Shown here: positions 13,236 to 25,900 of the stretch, piece by piece
Layout: every line of letters begins with the position of its first letter
Position numbering within the stretch: the stretch's first letter is position 1
Source: Phoronis australis
Lineage: Eukaryota > Animalia > Phoronida
Length of the DNA: 64,000 bases
NCBI GenBank assembly: GCA_002633005.1
Contig: NMRA01000021.1
Span: forward strand, 1,360,735 to 1,424,734
Reading direction: 5' to 3'
Made by a program: the position numbers and the translations under genes
The notes under the pieces: generated by a model
What the model was told of the DNA's origin: nothing
The model's database searches: none
The model's input: only the letters and a program-made list of their open reading frames with translations

Positions 13236-13887
13236 CTGAAAATGTGCAATGATGCAACAATTGTCATGTGCTGCAAATAAATTGTGACTGGGATAGGACA
13301 TGACACAATTCTCATTGATTATCTCAGGATTCTGATTTGATTACTTCGAACATCAATGTAATGATTTAACATGATCTTGAGATCCAACAAGAGCAAGTTG
13401 CAATCCTGAGATTCAATGACCATCAACATTGTTAAGACGTCTTTTCAGTTTAATAAGCCAAATAACCTCAAAACTACCCCTGCTGTTTTATAGACTCAAA
13501 CCTGTAACTTTGTTTAGATCAACTTATTATCATGCTGAAAATAAGACATCGTGGAGTCTGATGGCGTATCGAGCTAAACAATTATGATACAAGAATGTGC
13601 GCTGAGCCCCTGTGGTGGATTCACAGATTCCAATCATTAAACTCTGCTCGCAGCAGTTTAGGGAAAGCATGAGAACTTTCTTGCTCACTCTTACGGAAAT
13701 TTATCAGCATCTCCTTAGACCCCACGTTCAGGCACAGACTTCATCGTGAGTCGTCTGCTAGTGCCACCTAGCAACTGAGTAAGATGGCAGGCTGACATTG
13801 AAAACTGCACAGGTTTTCACCAAATTGCAGGGTGCAAACTTTAATTTTTTGATTCCTACTTCTATGAGAATAACATAAATTTATAAA

Positions 13888-13922
<35 letters not shown>

Positions 13923-16900
13923 AATGAATTCCTGAGTGAAAGAATGGCAAGATAGGGATTTACTGCCACAACAAAACGCCTACAAAAACTATCAAAGCTT
14001 TCAGACAAGATGCACTGAACTTGAAACCAATTTTCAAAAAGCCAGTCAGCTCAACATGAACGAATATTTGACATCATTTTGAACAATTTGTTCTAAGATA
14101 AAAATCTCGAGATAATTATCCACCTTCCACATATCTTTCTTCCGCAACTTTTCTTACAACTTGACGCACAATAAAAATGGATAAGTATGGCCAGATTTTG
14201 TCACATTTAATGTATTTACAAATGACTTTTGGGCTGCAGCCAACAGCTAACCTTGTTCATCCCCTAGCGCCGATGCAAAGAGCCATGACTTTGACGTGAC
14301 GTAACTGTCATAGTCCTCAGGCAAGAAATGAATCATAAGTGGGTCACCATCCTCCTGAAATTTGGAAATATATTACTTATTAATAAATATAGATTATTAC
14401 ATGGCGAAGTCGTTATTCCCCGTTATCTAGAACCCGATTGGATTTTGGAGAATTATCGCCCGAGGGGCGTTAGCCCCGAGGGTGATAATTCTCCAAAATC
14501 CACGAGGGCTCTAGATAAGGGGGATAATGACTGAGAACATGTAATAATTTATTTATACCACATACTAAACAAGAAACATTGCAATGAATCGATCTACCTT
14601 TCTCGACTCACCTCGGCTTTGTAACTACTTTCTATGTCAGAGGCCCGGGGTCGGAGGTCGTGACCTTTTAAGAAAAGCCGAGCAATTTTTGTCAAATAAT
14701 GCTTATACTCAAAACCAATTGAAAAATTTAAACAAAATAGAAATAAAGTGAATCTATAAATTAAGGTTTAGCAAATAATATAGCTTACTACACATTTTAT
14801 CACGCTAAGCTTCGACCGGGAAAATATCGTCTGCTAAAGTAGGTTACCAATAGTAACTGAGTATAATGCTCAAGTCAAAGGATCCCGACGACACGATACC
14901 CGCATTCAAATTGTTGTCAAGACCATGAAACGCTAGATGTCTAGACCATGAAGAACTAGACAGACCACAACAACCAAATTGTCATGGTTACCGTTGTTGA
15001 TGGACAGCTGGTCAGCAGGTGGTGCACACATGCCGATATCACCTCCGTCCAAGGAATGTTCAGGTAACACGGAGTACAGTCGACTTCATCACAGGTGAGC
15101 AAGCAGGTGTAATCAAACACCCTCTCAGCTTTCGACAAAAGTTTGTCTACTCTGAAACGTAGAATCCAATGACATTAAAACAATAATCTGATTTCGACAA
15201 CAACTGACAGGCCTCAGTGGGCAAAGCATTGTGACACAAAACAATTGGAGATCAGATAAATCTATTGTGCTCGTTTGTGTTTAAATCAAGAAATTAAAAA
15301 TACAACGGCGTATTACACTAATCAAATACAAAACGGACGGTTAAAGGTGAAATTGCTAAAAGCCAAATGCAGCACTGCTTCTGTAATATGACTATTACAA
15401 TAAATTATTGCACAATCTATTCCGAGACGATTATTTTAATTTAATTTTTCAATGGGTCACAAATAAAATTTTAATTGAGTTCCCATCTGTTATAATTACC
15501 TGTAGCCCAGGTGGGCAGGCACCTGTCCATAACACACACTTCCCAGGTACATGCGCACATCATTGCAGGCCATCGCCCAACTATCAGACTGGTCATTACT
15601 GCAGGTGAACTCGGGCAGAGTGAGACTTTCAAACACATCCAGCAGGTACTGCAGATGAGCCGCCGAGTTCCAGCCCAGTTGGGGTAAATCTGTATCAGAA
15701 GAATGACAAGAACATTCAGTAACCATAAGATTCACAGCAGTAGTTTTATCGTCTGAAAAGAACCCAGAATTAATTAATGGAAATGTCTTAATAATTAATT
15801 CATTAGCTGTACCTTCCAATTGGTGAATAGTCACTTTACTTTCCATATAAATTATTTCTTTATTTCTCACTGCATGTTTCCCTTCACAATTTGTTGTAAA
15901 ACTCCTAGTTCCAGATAATATCTAATAGATGCTATACAATCAAAGATAAATAATGACAATATTATTATTATTTATCATGTCATGGGATGGTGAGTTGTGG
16001 TGAGATAAATGACAACGTTTTTTCTAACTTATTGTAATTTGTCACTTATTTCGCAACAAAATGACAGGCAAGCCCAAATTTATATCATTTTCTATTTCCC
16101 AAAGGCGCACTACCTCGAGCAAATATTGCACACTTTACCAAATGCTCTTTAGTGACAATCGCATACTACAAACCAAGCCTACAGCAGACTAAAGGCTTCA
16201 TAATGACATCATTTATTGTTGGTGCCAAATTTGACAAAATAAAATTCCCCTTGCCTGCCATGTTGAGTGTTAAATAGGTGAAAAACTCCTACACATCCCC
16301 CGACACACCACTGCACTAACAAGTCAGAAGAGTCCCTCAAAAGGTTTACTAAACATTTACAGTGTCATGAAGAAGTAATGCTTTGTCTATCCAGAGTGGA
16401 CAGTGGCTTTTCAATGATGAGGAAATGGTGACTAAGTACAGACAAAACAACATTATTTAATCGTTTTGACTGGGTGGGCAGTCCCTCTTTAGCAAGAGTC
16501 AACAGAAAGTAAAACACACGTAAGTTAAATATAATTGTGCGGCTACAAATCAGGGCGTTGATATGGTATAAGTAAGAATTAGAAGTCTTCTTACACGCCA
16601 TGCGTTGGTCACATCATGTGACCTGCAGTTAAGTTTTAAAATATTTTTGCCCCGTCTGCAGAGATCTTTCAAGACTTTACTATTATAGATCAAGTAGTGA
16701 AGCCTAAAAGGATTTGTGTCCGTTCTGCAAAGTTAGCAGAAAGTAATCAGTCTGAGCTTCAGTAGGGGCATAGATCTTAACTACAGGTCACACAATGTGA
16801 CCAAGATATGGCATGACTTAACTACAGGTCACAAAATGTGACCAAGATATGGCATGACTTAACTACAGGTCACACAATGTGACCAAGATATGGCATGACT

Positions 16901-19900
16901 TAACTACAGGTCACACAATGTGACCAAGATATGGCATGTAACATGACTAGCAATGCTTCCTTATTATAAGTAAGTTAAGTAAGCAAAGCAAATACCTAAA
17001 GTGCACGCCAAAAATAATCAGAGAAGACGACCCTAGATTCCTCAGGGTGACAAATTACTGCAACTTTTGTACAGAGAATACAATCAAATCTCGCAACAAC
17101 ATACATCAAGGGACCATTGAAATCAATATGTTTTATGTTTGTTGTAACCAGAGCGAAATATTAGGTAAAAACATGACTTATGTTGGTTTTAACGTTGCAA
17201 ACAGGGTGCGATATAATGAAGTTAGACTAGAATAATGAATCATGACTGGGACTATTTTTTGCGTGCACTGTGGGACCTGTTTATCCGAATTGTGACCTGA
17301 TGTTTGACCTGGCGACCTCAGAATCGACAGTTACCTGCATTAGTCACGATCAACCCCCACCAAGATAGTTGAACACTGTAACCAGTCTTATTAACTTGAA
17401 TTTGAATCTTCTAAAAATTGAGCAATGCTTTGTCTACAAATTGAGACGAACAAGTGCAAAGCACTACACCTGCCTCAAGAAGAGGTTCGTACTTAAAAAA
17501 CTAATTAAAGACTCTTACTTGGGTCTGCTGTGCAAAGTTCAGGAATGGGCCATGACAAGTCCAGCAAGACGTCACTGCAGGCTACTGCCTGAAGATGGCG
17601 CACCACACTGTTGTACAGATCAATGAGGACATCTGGAGGCTGAAAGGTGATATAAAACATGTCAGTGAACATTATACAAAGTGAGCAATCAATGACATCA
17701 AAATTAAAAACGATGACTCAGAGCATACAAGGAAACACAGTGTTATGATAAACATGGGCAAAATGTGAATACAAGGTTTAATCATGCTGAAACCTCAGTT
17801 TTTCAAACTTACAGCATGAAAAAGTCACACTCTTTACACACCAATAACTGAAAATGTTTAAATATCACAGCTGCAGCAAGGTTAAAAATATCCCAGATAT
17901 TAATTACTTTATTCAGGGCTGTTCCAGCAAAATCTGTATGGGAGGGGGGGGGAAGGCACTTTTATTTCGTACCCACCGCCCATATTTTTCTTTATTTCTC
18001 CAACCCATGACCCATAATTTTTTAAATATTTTTAATATGTTAAAATATAAAATCCAACACTTGCAAAAAAAATTGCCTCCAGGAGGACCTGTTAAGAACT
18101 TAGATGATTGACAGACAGGAACTAGTTGTCTTGTCCAATATTGTCAAAGACTAAAGTAGCCTGTGAGCAATACTCTTGGCAGCCACCAGGTGTCTCTGTT
18201 CACCATGTGTCTATAATTTCAATGAACATTTTTTCATTTATAAGGATTTATGAATCTCAAACTGTCTCCACGAACTTTTTTATACTTCTATGTCAAGTGT
18301 ACGGTGGCCCGAAAGTATCATCGCTACTTTTGTTTAAATATTTTTTCATTTTTCATTTTCCACCTAGGTGGAAATAATTCAACCTAGGTGGAAACTGTTT
18401 TCACCTGGTTGGAAACTATTTTTGCCTGGGTGGAAACTATTTTCACCTGGGTGGAAACTATTTTCACCCGGGTGGAAACTATTTCAACCTAGGTGGAAAT
18501 TATTTCAACCTAGGTTGAAATAATTTCCACTTGGGTGAAAATAATTTCCACCTAGGTTGAAATAATTTCAACCTAGGTTGAAATATTTCATCCTAGGTGG
18601 AAAAGGAAAAATAAAACAATTAATAAACTAAAATAGCGATGATACTTTCGGGCCACCGTACAAGTGAGTATTGGAACTTGTTTATCTTACTCCTCATACT
18701 TTTTATTTAAAAATCATCAATTTTCTTATATGTATTAACACCAGTTTAGTGTTGCATAACTTTTCAATTTAATAGGACTGCAGACAAACAGTTGGCACAA
18801 ATCAAGTTGCCCATGACTTGATTAATGGCTTAGCGAACATATTGCACTCTGTTCACTGGCAATATGGGCTTTTTTGTATTGGGATAAGTTAGGATTTTTT
18901 TTGAGTTTTGAGTTTTTTAATTAACCAACCTGTCAACATTAACATGTCAAAAAATACCACCCATTTCTAATGCATCACTTCTTACAGGATCGACGACCCA
19001 TAATTTGAGTTTTTTTCCAAAGACCACCACCCATGAATTTTTATTTCTACTGCCGCCCCCCCCACACGGATTTTACTGGAACAGCCCTCACATGAATGAT
19101 GTAGTGCCTACAATCATTGGCAAATGTCTTCCACAAGAAGTGAAACTACAGCTCTTGTACACTCACACCACATTCCAATAGTATCAGTCATAATTCATCA
19201 ACATTTAATAAACTTCCAACAGTCTTTGCAGACTGTTGACACCATTCTGCAACAATACCTGATGGAGAAGACCTTCTTGCCTGCGTCTGGCAAGATCTTG
19301 ATAGATGGGTGTGTAGAACTCAGCTGCCAACAACTCTTCAACAAAGTCCCAGATTGGCTTGCTGACCAAAGTGGGTGGAGTCGGGCTCTTACATGACAGC
19401 CACTTGACACTTTCCTTCAACTAAAATATAAAAGCCACATTCACAGATCAGAGTATTTTTTACACCGGGAGAATGAAAATGTGTTTGTATCATGAATTTA
19501 TTCTCCAGTCTCAATATATTATTATATGTGTATTTATGCATTGAGACAACAACACAGAAGTTCAAATTCATTAAAAAATAACCCACACACTTAACATCTG
19601 CAGAATCATAACTTGAATGGACTGTTTTATTAATAACTGCAAAAATTATTCAAATCGGGACAGAAGTAATTGTGAAAATTGTCATATATCCATTTTTCAG
19701 AAACGTCTCACATTGTTATGAGATGCTCAAAATTTTTCCAAATGTTTTTTTCTCAATACAATAGATACACCATACCATGCTAAAAGCAATTAGTGAAGGT
19801 AAATTTTTCTAGACTTCAAAGAGAACCATGTAGAATTAATTACTTCAGAAAAAAGAGCAATTCATTCTTTTTTGAAAAAGAATAAATCTTAGTAATCAAA

Positions 19901-22900
19901 ATGGAAATTCTTGCTAAGATCATCAAGAATTATGTTTTTTACATTAAAACCATTAATTGTACAGTTTCTAAAGTACACACCAGCTCAGTGGCTTCTGGCT
20001 GATCCAGATTCTCGCCCAGAGCCAGCACTTCATATCCCGATAGTCCATTACCCACAAAGGCATCCAAGTTCAAAAGAGATGGGTGACGAAGAGAGGAGGC
20101 AAGACTTTGTAGTGAACCTATCACACACCCGCTTGTTGTCACGACAACCAGTGGGAGGGAAGAGTGAGGGGGTAAAGTGTCCATCAAGTCTTTGAGCCTT
20201 GACTGACAGCTTTGCCAGTAGACCTGCAAAACGTCAACCACCACAAGTTAAAACAAAACGAACAGAAATTGAGAAAAAGGAATTTGTTACAGTAACTCTC
20301 CACTTATTTGACACAATCACCTCATTTCACACACAAAAAGTTATTTATAAAAATCTTTTGGTTATCGCTTATTTCACAGCAGGCTACTTGGTAGGAATTT
20401 TTTGCCTCCCCTAATTCACACAGTCAGTTTTGCACTTCAGAAAAAATATCAACTCAAAGCCATATCTTTAATCTTAGTAATGCGTACCTCTTAAACAGTG
20501 ATAATCATAATGCTCTAAGTACTTAATTCATCCATTCACACCAGATATATCATGCAGAAAGGATTGATTTACACGAGCATCGTGTAACTCACAGTCAGTG
20601 TTCAAAGGACTTTTACCTACGATGTGATACAGAACTTTTATATCAAAACAAGAGTAAGTAATTTGATTACTGAGAATAAAATCACGTTGGCAACCTGTAG
20701 TAGGCTGCAACTAACTGAATTCCCACCCATACAGGCATCAAGCGATGTTTAATTACTCAGCACAACTTCCTCATTCATCAACTATGAAGTCTGTAATATT
20801 CAGTATTTGCCACACCCCGGATAACAGGAAAATGCATTATTTATTTTGTGTGAAATGACAGGTGATTACCATACTTTCAATCACACGGACTGTGGGTTTA
20901 TATTAAAATAATTCTTTATTATTTTCACTATACAGCAAGTCAACAAAACACAGCAACACTTCATTAAAGTTTTACAATCGCCAATAAATTTAACCACTCT
21001 ACTAGTCAATAAAAACTACCAGAAAACAACCAGTGGCTACAATACTGAACTTAATAGCAAAATTCTGCATTTGAAATAGAGTTTATTCAATTAATGCTTA
21101 ATCGACTGTTTGCATTACATGGAAATCTAAATAGCATACATCTACAGAATTTGCATTGTAGCAAATTTATGGCACAAAAATGACATGAATATTAGACCAC
21201 TACTAATCATTACCTCGTTACATTGGACACTGTCACCAACAGGGGGCAGCACAAACATTATCGCTGCCGTGCCAAGCAGTGCGCTGCTCTCTTTCAGCTT
21301 CTCCAATTGGCTGCTTGACAACACCCCCTGTAGGGTCCTCACGCAAACGCCTATTGTAGCATTTGCTTGATCCCTTTTACACACCTTCGAATACGCGGCG
21401 AGGATTCGGCTGAAGTCTGTGTTGAGCTCACCTGACTGTCTGCCTCGGGAGAACTTAGAACAGATCCAATCACAGAGGACGCCGGTATTCGTGTCATCTC
21501 CCATTTGATTGGGCAGTGACAGAAGCAGCTTCCAGTGACTCCTAGTGGCCGACGTGTGCTTCATCAACTGTGGCCCAACAATCTCTGTTAAGTCCAAAGG
21601 TGACCACGCCATCTTACTCCGAATTAGATTAAGAAAGTAATAGGCACTCAGTGCCCTTGAAAGCGTTACTTCGTTGTTCCTCGCTTTTCCAGGTGACTCT
21701 ATCACCAGTCGGGCTCTCTTGTTGTAAGGCATGAGTCCGCATTCGATTTTTGACATCTCTCGGTCAGGCAGAAGCGCATTTAAGACCTCACCTCCATCAC
21801 CTAACACATTTGGAGTGCAGGGGAAGCTATACATTGATTTTTTCTTACGTAACATTTTGGACAGAGCATTTCTCCACTGTCTGAAGCAGTGGGCAGTCCT
21901 AAGAAGTTTGATTGATGCTTCGCGCTCAGCCAGCAGTTGAAGCCTCTGCACCACGTCAGTCTCGAAGACGTCCTGAGCAATGCTGTGAATGACATCATCT
22001 ACAGTTCCTTCCAAGATGGTCTGATGAGCCTCTGACTGCCATTTTAGCAAAGTCTGGACCTCACTGAAACATTAACAATTCAAAAGTTGTGAGAAACACC
22101 ATTAGTTTTTCAAAACAGTGCTCTGCACTACTTAGGGAGAGGGAGATGGAGAGGGAGCACACTGAAAACAACTAAGCACGGGGACAGGTGGATAAGGGAC
22201 CTTGGTATATTAAAAGCTAAACAAGAGCAACGCGAAGCATTGAAATGCGCCCATGAATACATTGCAGATGGTGTAATAATAATGGCCACTAGATAACGCA
22301 AAATACGTCGAATACATATGAAATGAGAACATATCATTGTTTATTAATTGAAAGCCATTTACCAAATTTCATTAAATCCGCCAAGGAAGTTCTGAAAAAC
22401 AGAGGAAAACTGAATCAGAACACCCTCAGATAATTATGACAGTAAAAATGTGTTCAACATCCTAAGGACTACTTTCTGAAGTAAGTGGGCAGAATGATTC
22501 AGTTTTCACTGTAGACCGGCACCAGAAATAACAAGATGCAATTAACGGACGGACGAATAAAATCATAACAAGACCTCCAAGGAAAGGAAGCCGTGTCAAT
22601 GACATTACTGAAAACCCAGGATCCCATTGAATATTATGAAAGCTCTTACTGAAAATCACGTCAAATACTTCATTGAAAATGAGAGCAGTACCCTACTGAA
22701 AGCCACTGCATTAAAAACTGCAGGGCAATCACTGATTAAAGAGGACGGAAAGACTTGAGTGAAAAGCATGATATGACCCATCACAGCAAGACTCCCAGGA
22801 CAAGCCTGACAGGACCCACTCAAAATTGAAGTAGAACCCCAATCAAAATTAAAACAAGACCCAATGAAAATCATGAAAGGTACCCATAAAAAATCATGGC

Positions 22901-25900
22901 AAGACCTCAACGGAAGTCATTATAAGACCCCTGAAAAACAAGGCAAACCGCACTGCTCACCTGTATTTTTCATCCGCCGTACTCTTCACCAACTCATCAA
23001 CCACCTCACTCTCCAACTCCACTGCCAACGACGTGCAAGCTCTTTCACGAGTCGCAGCCAATATTGCTGCCTCTCGAGCTTGGCGCTCCCTCTCGGCTGC
23101 AGCTCGAGCTAGAAGTTCCCTCTTAGCAGCGGCCTCTTTAGCCCGTCGCTCTTTCTCAGCAGCGACCTCTTTAGCCTGTCGCTCTTTCTCAGCAGCGACC
23201 TCTTTAGCTAAGCGATCCCTCTCTGCCTGTCGTTCCTTCTCTCGTAGTTGCTCAACAACCACAACTTGTTTGGCGATCTCTCTGTACATAGAAAGGATGC
23301 ATAAGGCTTATCAAAATACATCACCTGAAGCTTTGGTCACCTGAATCATTGACAATTTTTTATTCCGATCATGTGAAACACATACTTAGGCAGTGTGCAT
23401 TTTAGAGAAAAGGAAACTCCAGTGGGGAGAAAGAGGACACTGCTTACAAAAACATGCTTTTAGTAACAAGAGCAACGTAGAGCATTGACATGCGACCACC
23501 ACGTGCATAGCGTATAGCGCAGATACAAAGGATGATTACTATTTAAAGCATTCCCGCTACATGGAGCAATGCTGGTAAACTGAACATAGCCTCTAGGGGG
23601 CGCATAGCAAATCAGCAGGGCTCTCCTCAATAAGAACACACCTGCCAAGCCTGCAAAAAAATTAAAACTGGCAATGGGGGTGCAATCATGGTATTTAGAT
23701 ACGACCAAACATAGTCATCCTGTTGTCATGTTCAAAGAAATACTCTTGCCGAATTTCACAAAGATCCAGCAGGGAGAAACAGCTGTGGATGCGAAAAAAG
23801 CAAACTTCCACTGGGGGGCGCCACAGTAGTCATACTGTCCAAAAATTGTCCACCATGCTCTTCACAGTAGGGAACACACAGTAGTTTGGCCGATAGAGAG
23901 ATGGACTTCAAAATCAGACTTAAAAAAACGACCACTAGGAGGCGTACACCACGTCAAATCCATCTGAAAACAAAAAGGTGTCATAGCCTCATTAATAGAA
24001 ATGAATTTGCCAAGTTTGATGAAAATCCAAAACAAAACTGCCACTATGAGGCACCACTGTCAGCACCGTACAAAAAGCATCGTCACATGTCCTCTTCCCA
24101 GTAAGAGCATATATGTCAACTTCCATAATCATCCCAAGAGCGAGTTGATGGACAGAGAGGCAAACACCAAAATCACTCAAAAATAATAAAAACAGGCACT
24201 AGGTGGTGTGAACTACCCAAATCCATCGCCTATTTAATAGAAAGTTATTCACAAAATTTCATAAAAATCCATCCAGGAACTCCAATGATACAAAGGAAAA
24301 CAAAAATATAAAATTGCCACTGGGAGACAGAGTGGTTGTTGGATCCGCCCAAAAGCCGCCATCACCTCTTGTCACCTTCATATAAATACACTTGTCAAAT
24401 TTAACAAAGTTGCTAAAGAGGGCTTAGGAGATAATGCCATAGATGCAAAAAGTGCCACTAGGAGGAGCTACTGTAGTCAGAGCTGTCCGAAAATCCTCAC
24501 CAGCTATCCTCTTCCCATTTATTAATTTTCATAACCACCCTTACAGTGGTTTGCCCTGCATTAGAGCAGACAACAAAGAATAGACCTGAAAATAGTAAAA
24601 ATGGCCAGTACGTGGCGCAAAATACGTCAAATTCATTTGAAATAGTGAAGGTGGTGTCATCTTCCAAATAAATACCTATCCGTTCTGAAAAACCGAAGAT
24701 ACAGAGGCAAACGCTAAAAGTATTTCACAAGTGGTTCCTTAAATTTGTCAAGCTTGAAAAGTGGTAGGGACATTAGTAAGGGAACAGGCATTCCTTAGGA
24801 ATGAAATGCCAAATTTTCTTTCCTAAGGCTATTTTCAAAGTGAATTATAATACACAGAGCCATACAATGAAATATCTTCGCAAAACTTTAGAAGCAATCT
24901 ACCGTGTCATCTCTGTACAAGTTTCCAAGGTAACATCATCCAGTATCCACGAGGATGACCCCATGTACATTTTGATGGCGTTCACAAGACTATTTCCAAC
25001 ATCCTGACACATATCCTGAATGACTTCCAGGAACAAATCTTTGGCTATGTACTTTACAAGCTCATTGGAGACTTGTTTTCGTTGCAACAAAGTGGATTCA
25101 GATGAATTGTCTGCAGGAAACTGTTGAGCCCACTCTTGGGCTGTAGACTGTATGACGGAGCAAGATTCGGCTGAAAAAATTACACCAGAGAATGACGTTG
25201 TATTTAATCATGGAAAGCCACAATTTGTCACATCTCAAAACTTTCAAAATGTCACCAGGAAATCTGGACACAGATTTTTTTGGAGCTTTTTGCATGACTT
25301 TATAAGTCAAATAAATTTTTTATTACATACGTGACACCATACTTGTCAGCGATAACAATGGATTCCCCAATTTCACAATTTGTTTAAAAAGAAACCACCA
25401 CGTCAATGCAGCATAACTGTAAACCCAACAAACAACAGCCTCAACAAATTTCTTACATTATGTCAAAGAAATCTCATAAGATCACAGAATTTTAAGCAAG
25501 CTTTGTCACAGAATGCCACCACGTCACAGGGAATTCATTCTCTGACACACATCCATTTTGGTTGATATGAATAAGTTGACTTCAGGCTAATGATAAATGA
25601 TCACCACAATGATAACAAATGAACATCCTTCATAGCATCATTATCATTCAGCACTGATACATGAACAAAAGAGGCTTTCCACGAATGATACTATGAAGGA
25701 TGATCATTTGTTATCAGCCAAATGATCATTTATCATCAGTCTGAACTAAATTCATAAAAACCCAAAATTTGTGACGTGATGAAAAGACCACTTAAGGACC
25801 TACCAGAGACGTTACTGGTTTCTGACAGGCTGCTAACATCTCTGACAAATCGCCCGGTCTCGTCAAAGCTTGACGTTGGATGATGAATGACGTTTGGTGG

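Noticed and set aside
16776-16938. Palindrome-containing regular repeats (also 8205-8422 and 18350-18600) as a CRISPR array
   Set aside because: The units are contiguous with no unique spacers, there are no cas genes, and the context is a eukaryotic intron.
23033-23344. Ala/Ser/Arg-rich + strand ORF (also the + ORFs at 33825, 21731 and 12942)
   Set aside because: These are antisense shadows of GANP coding exons.
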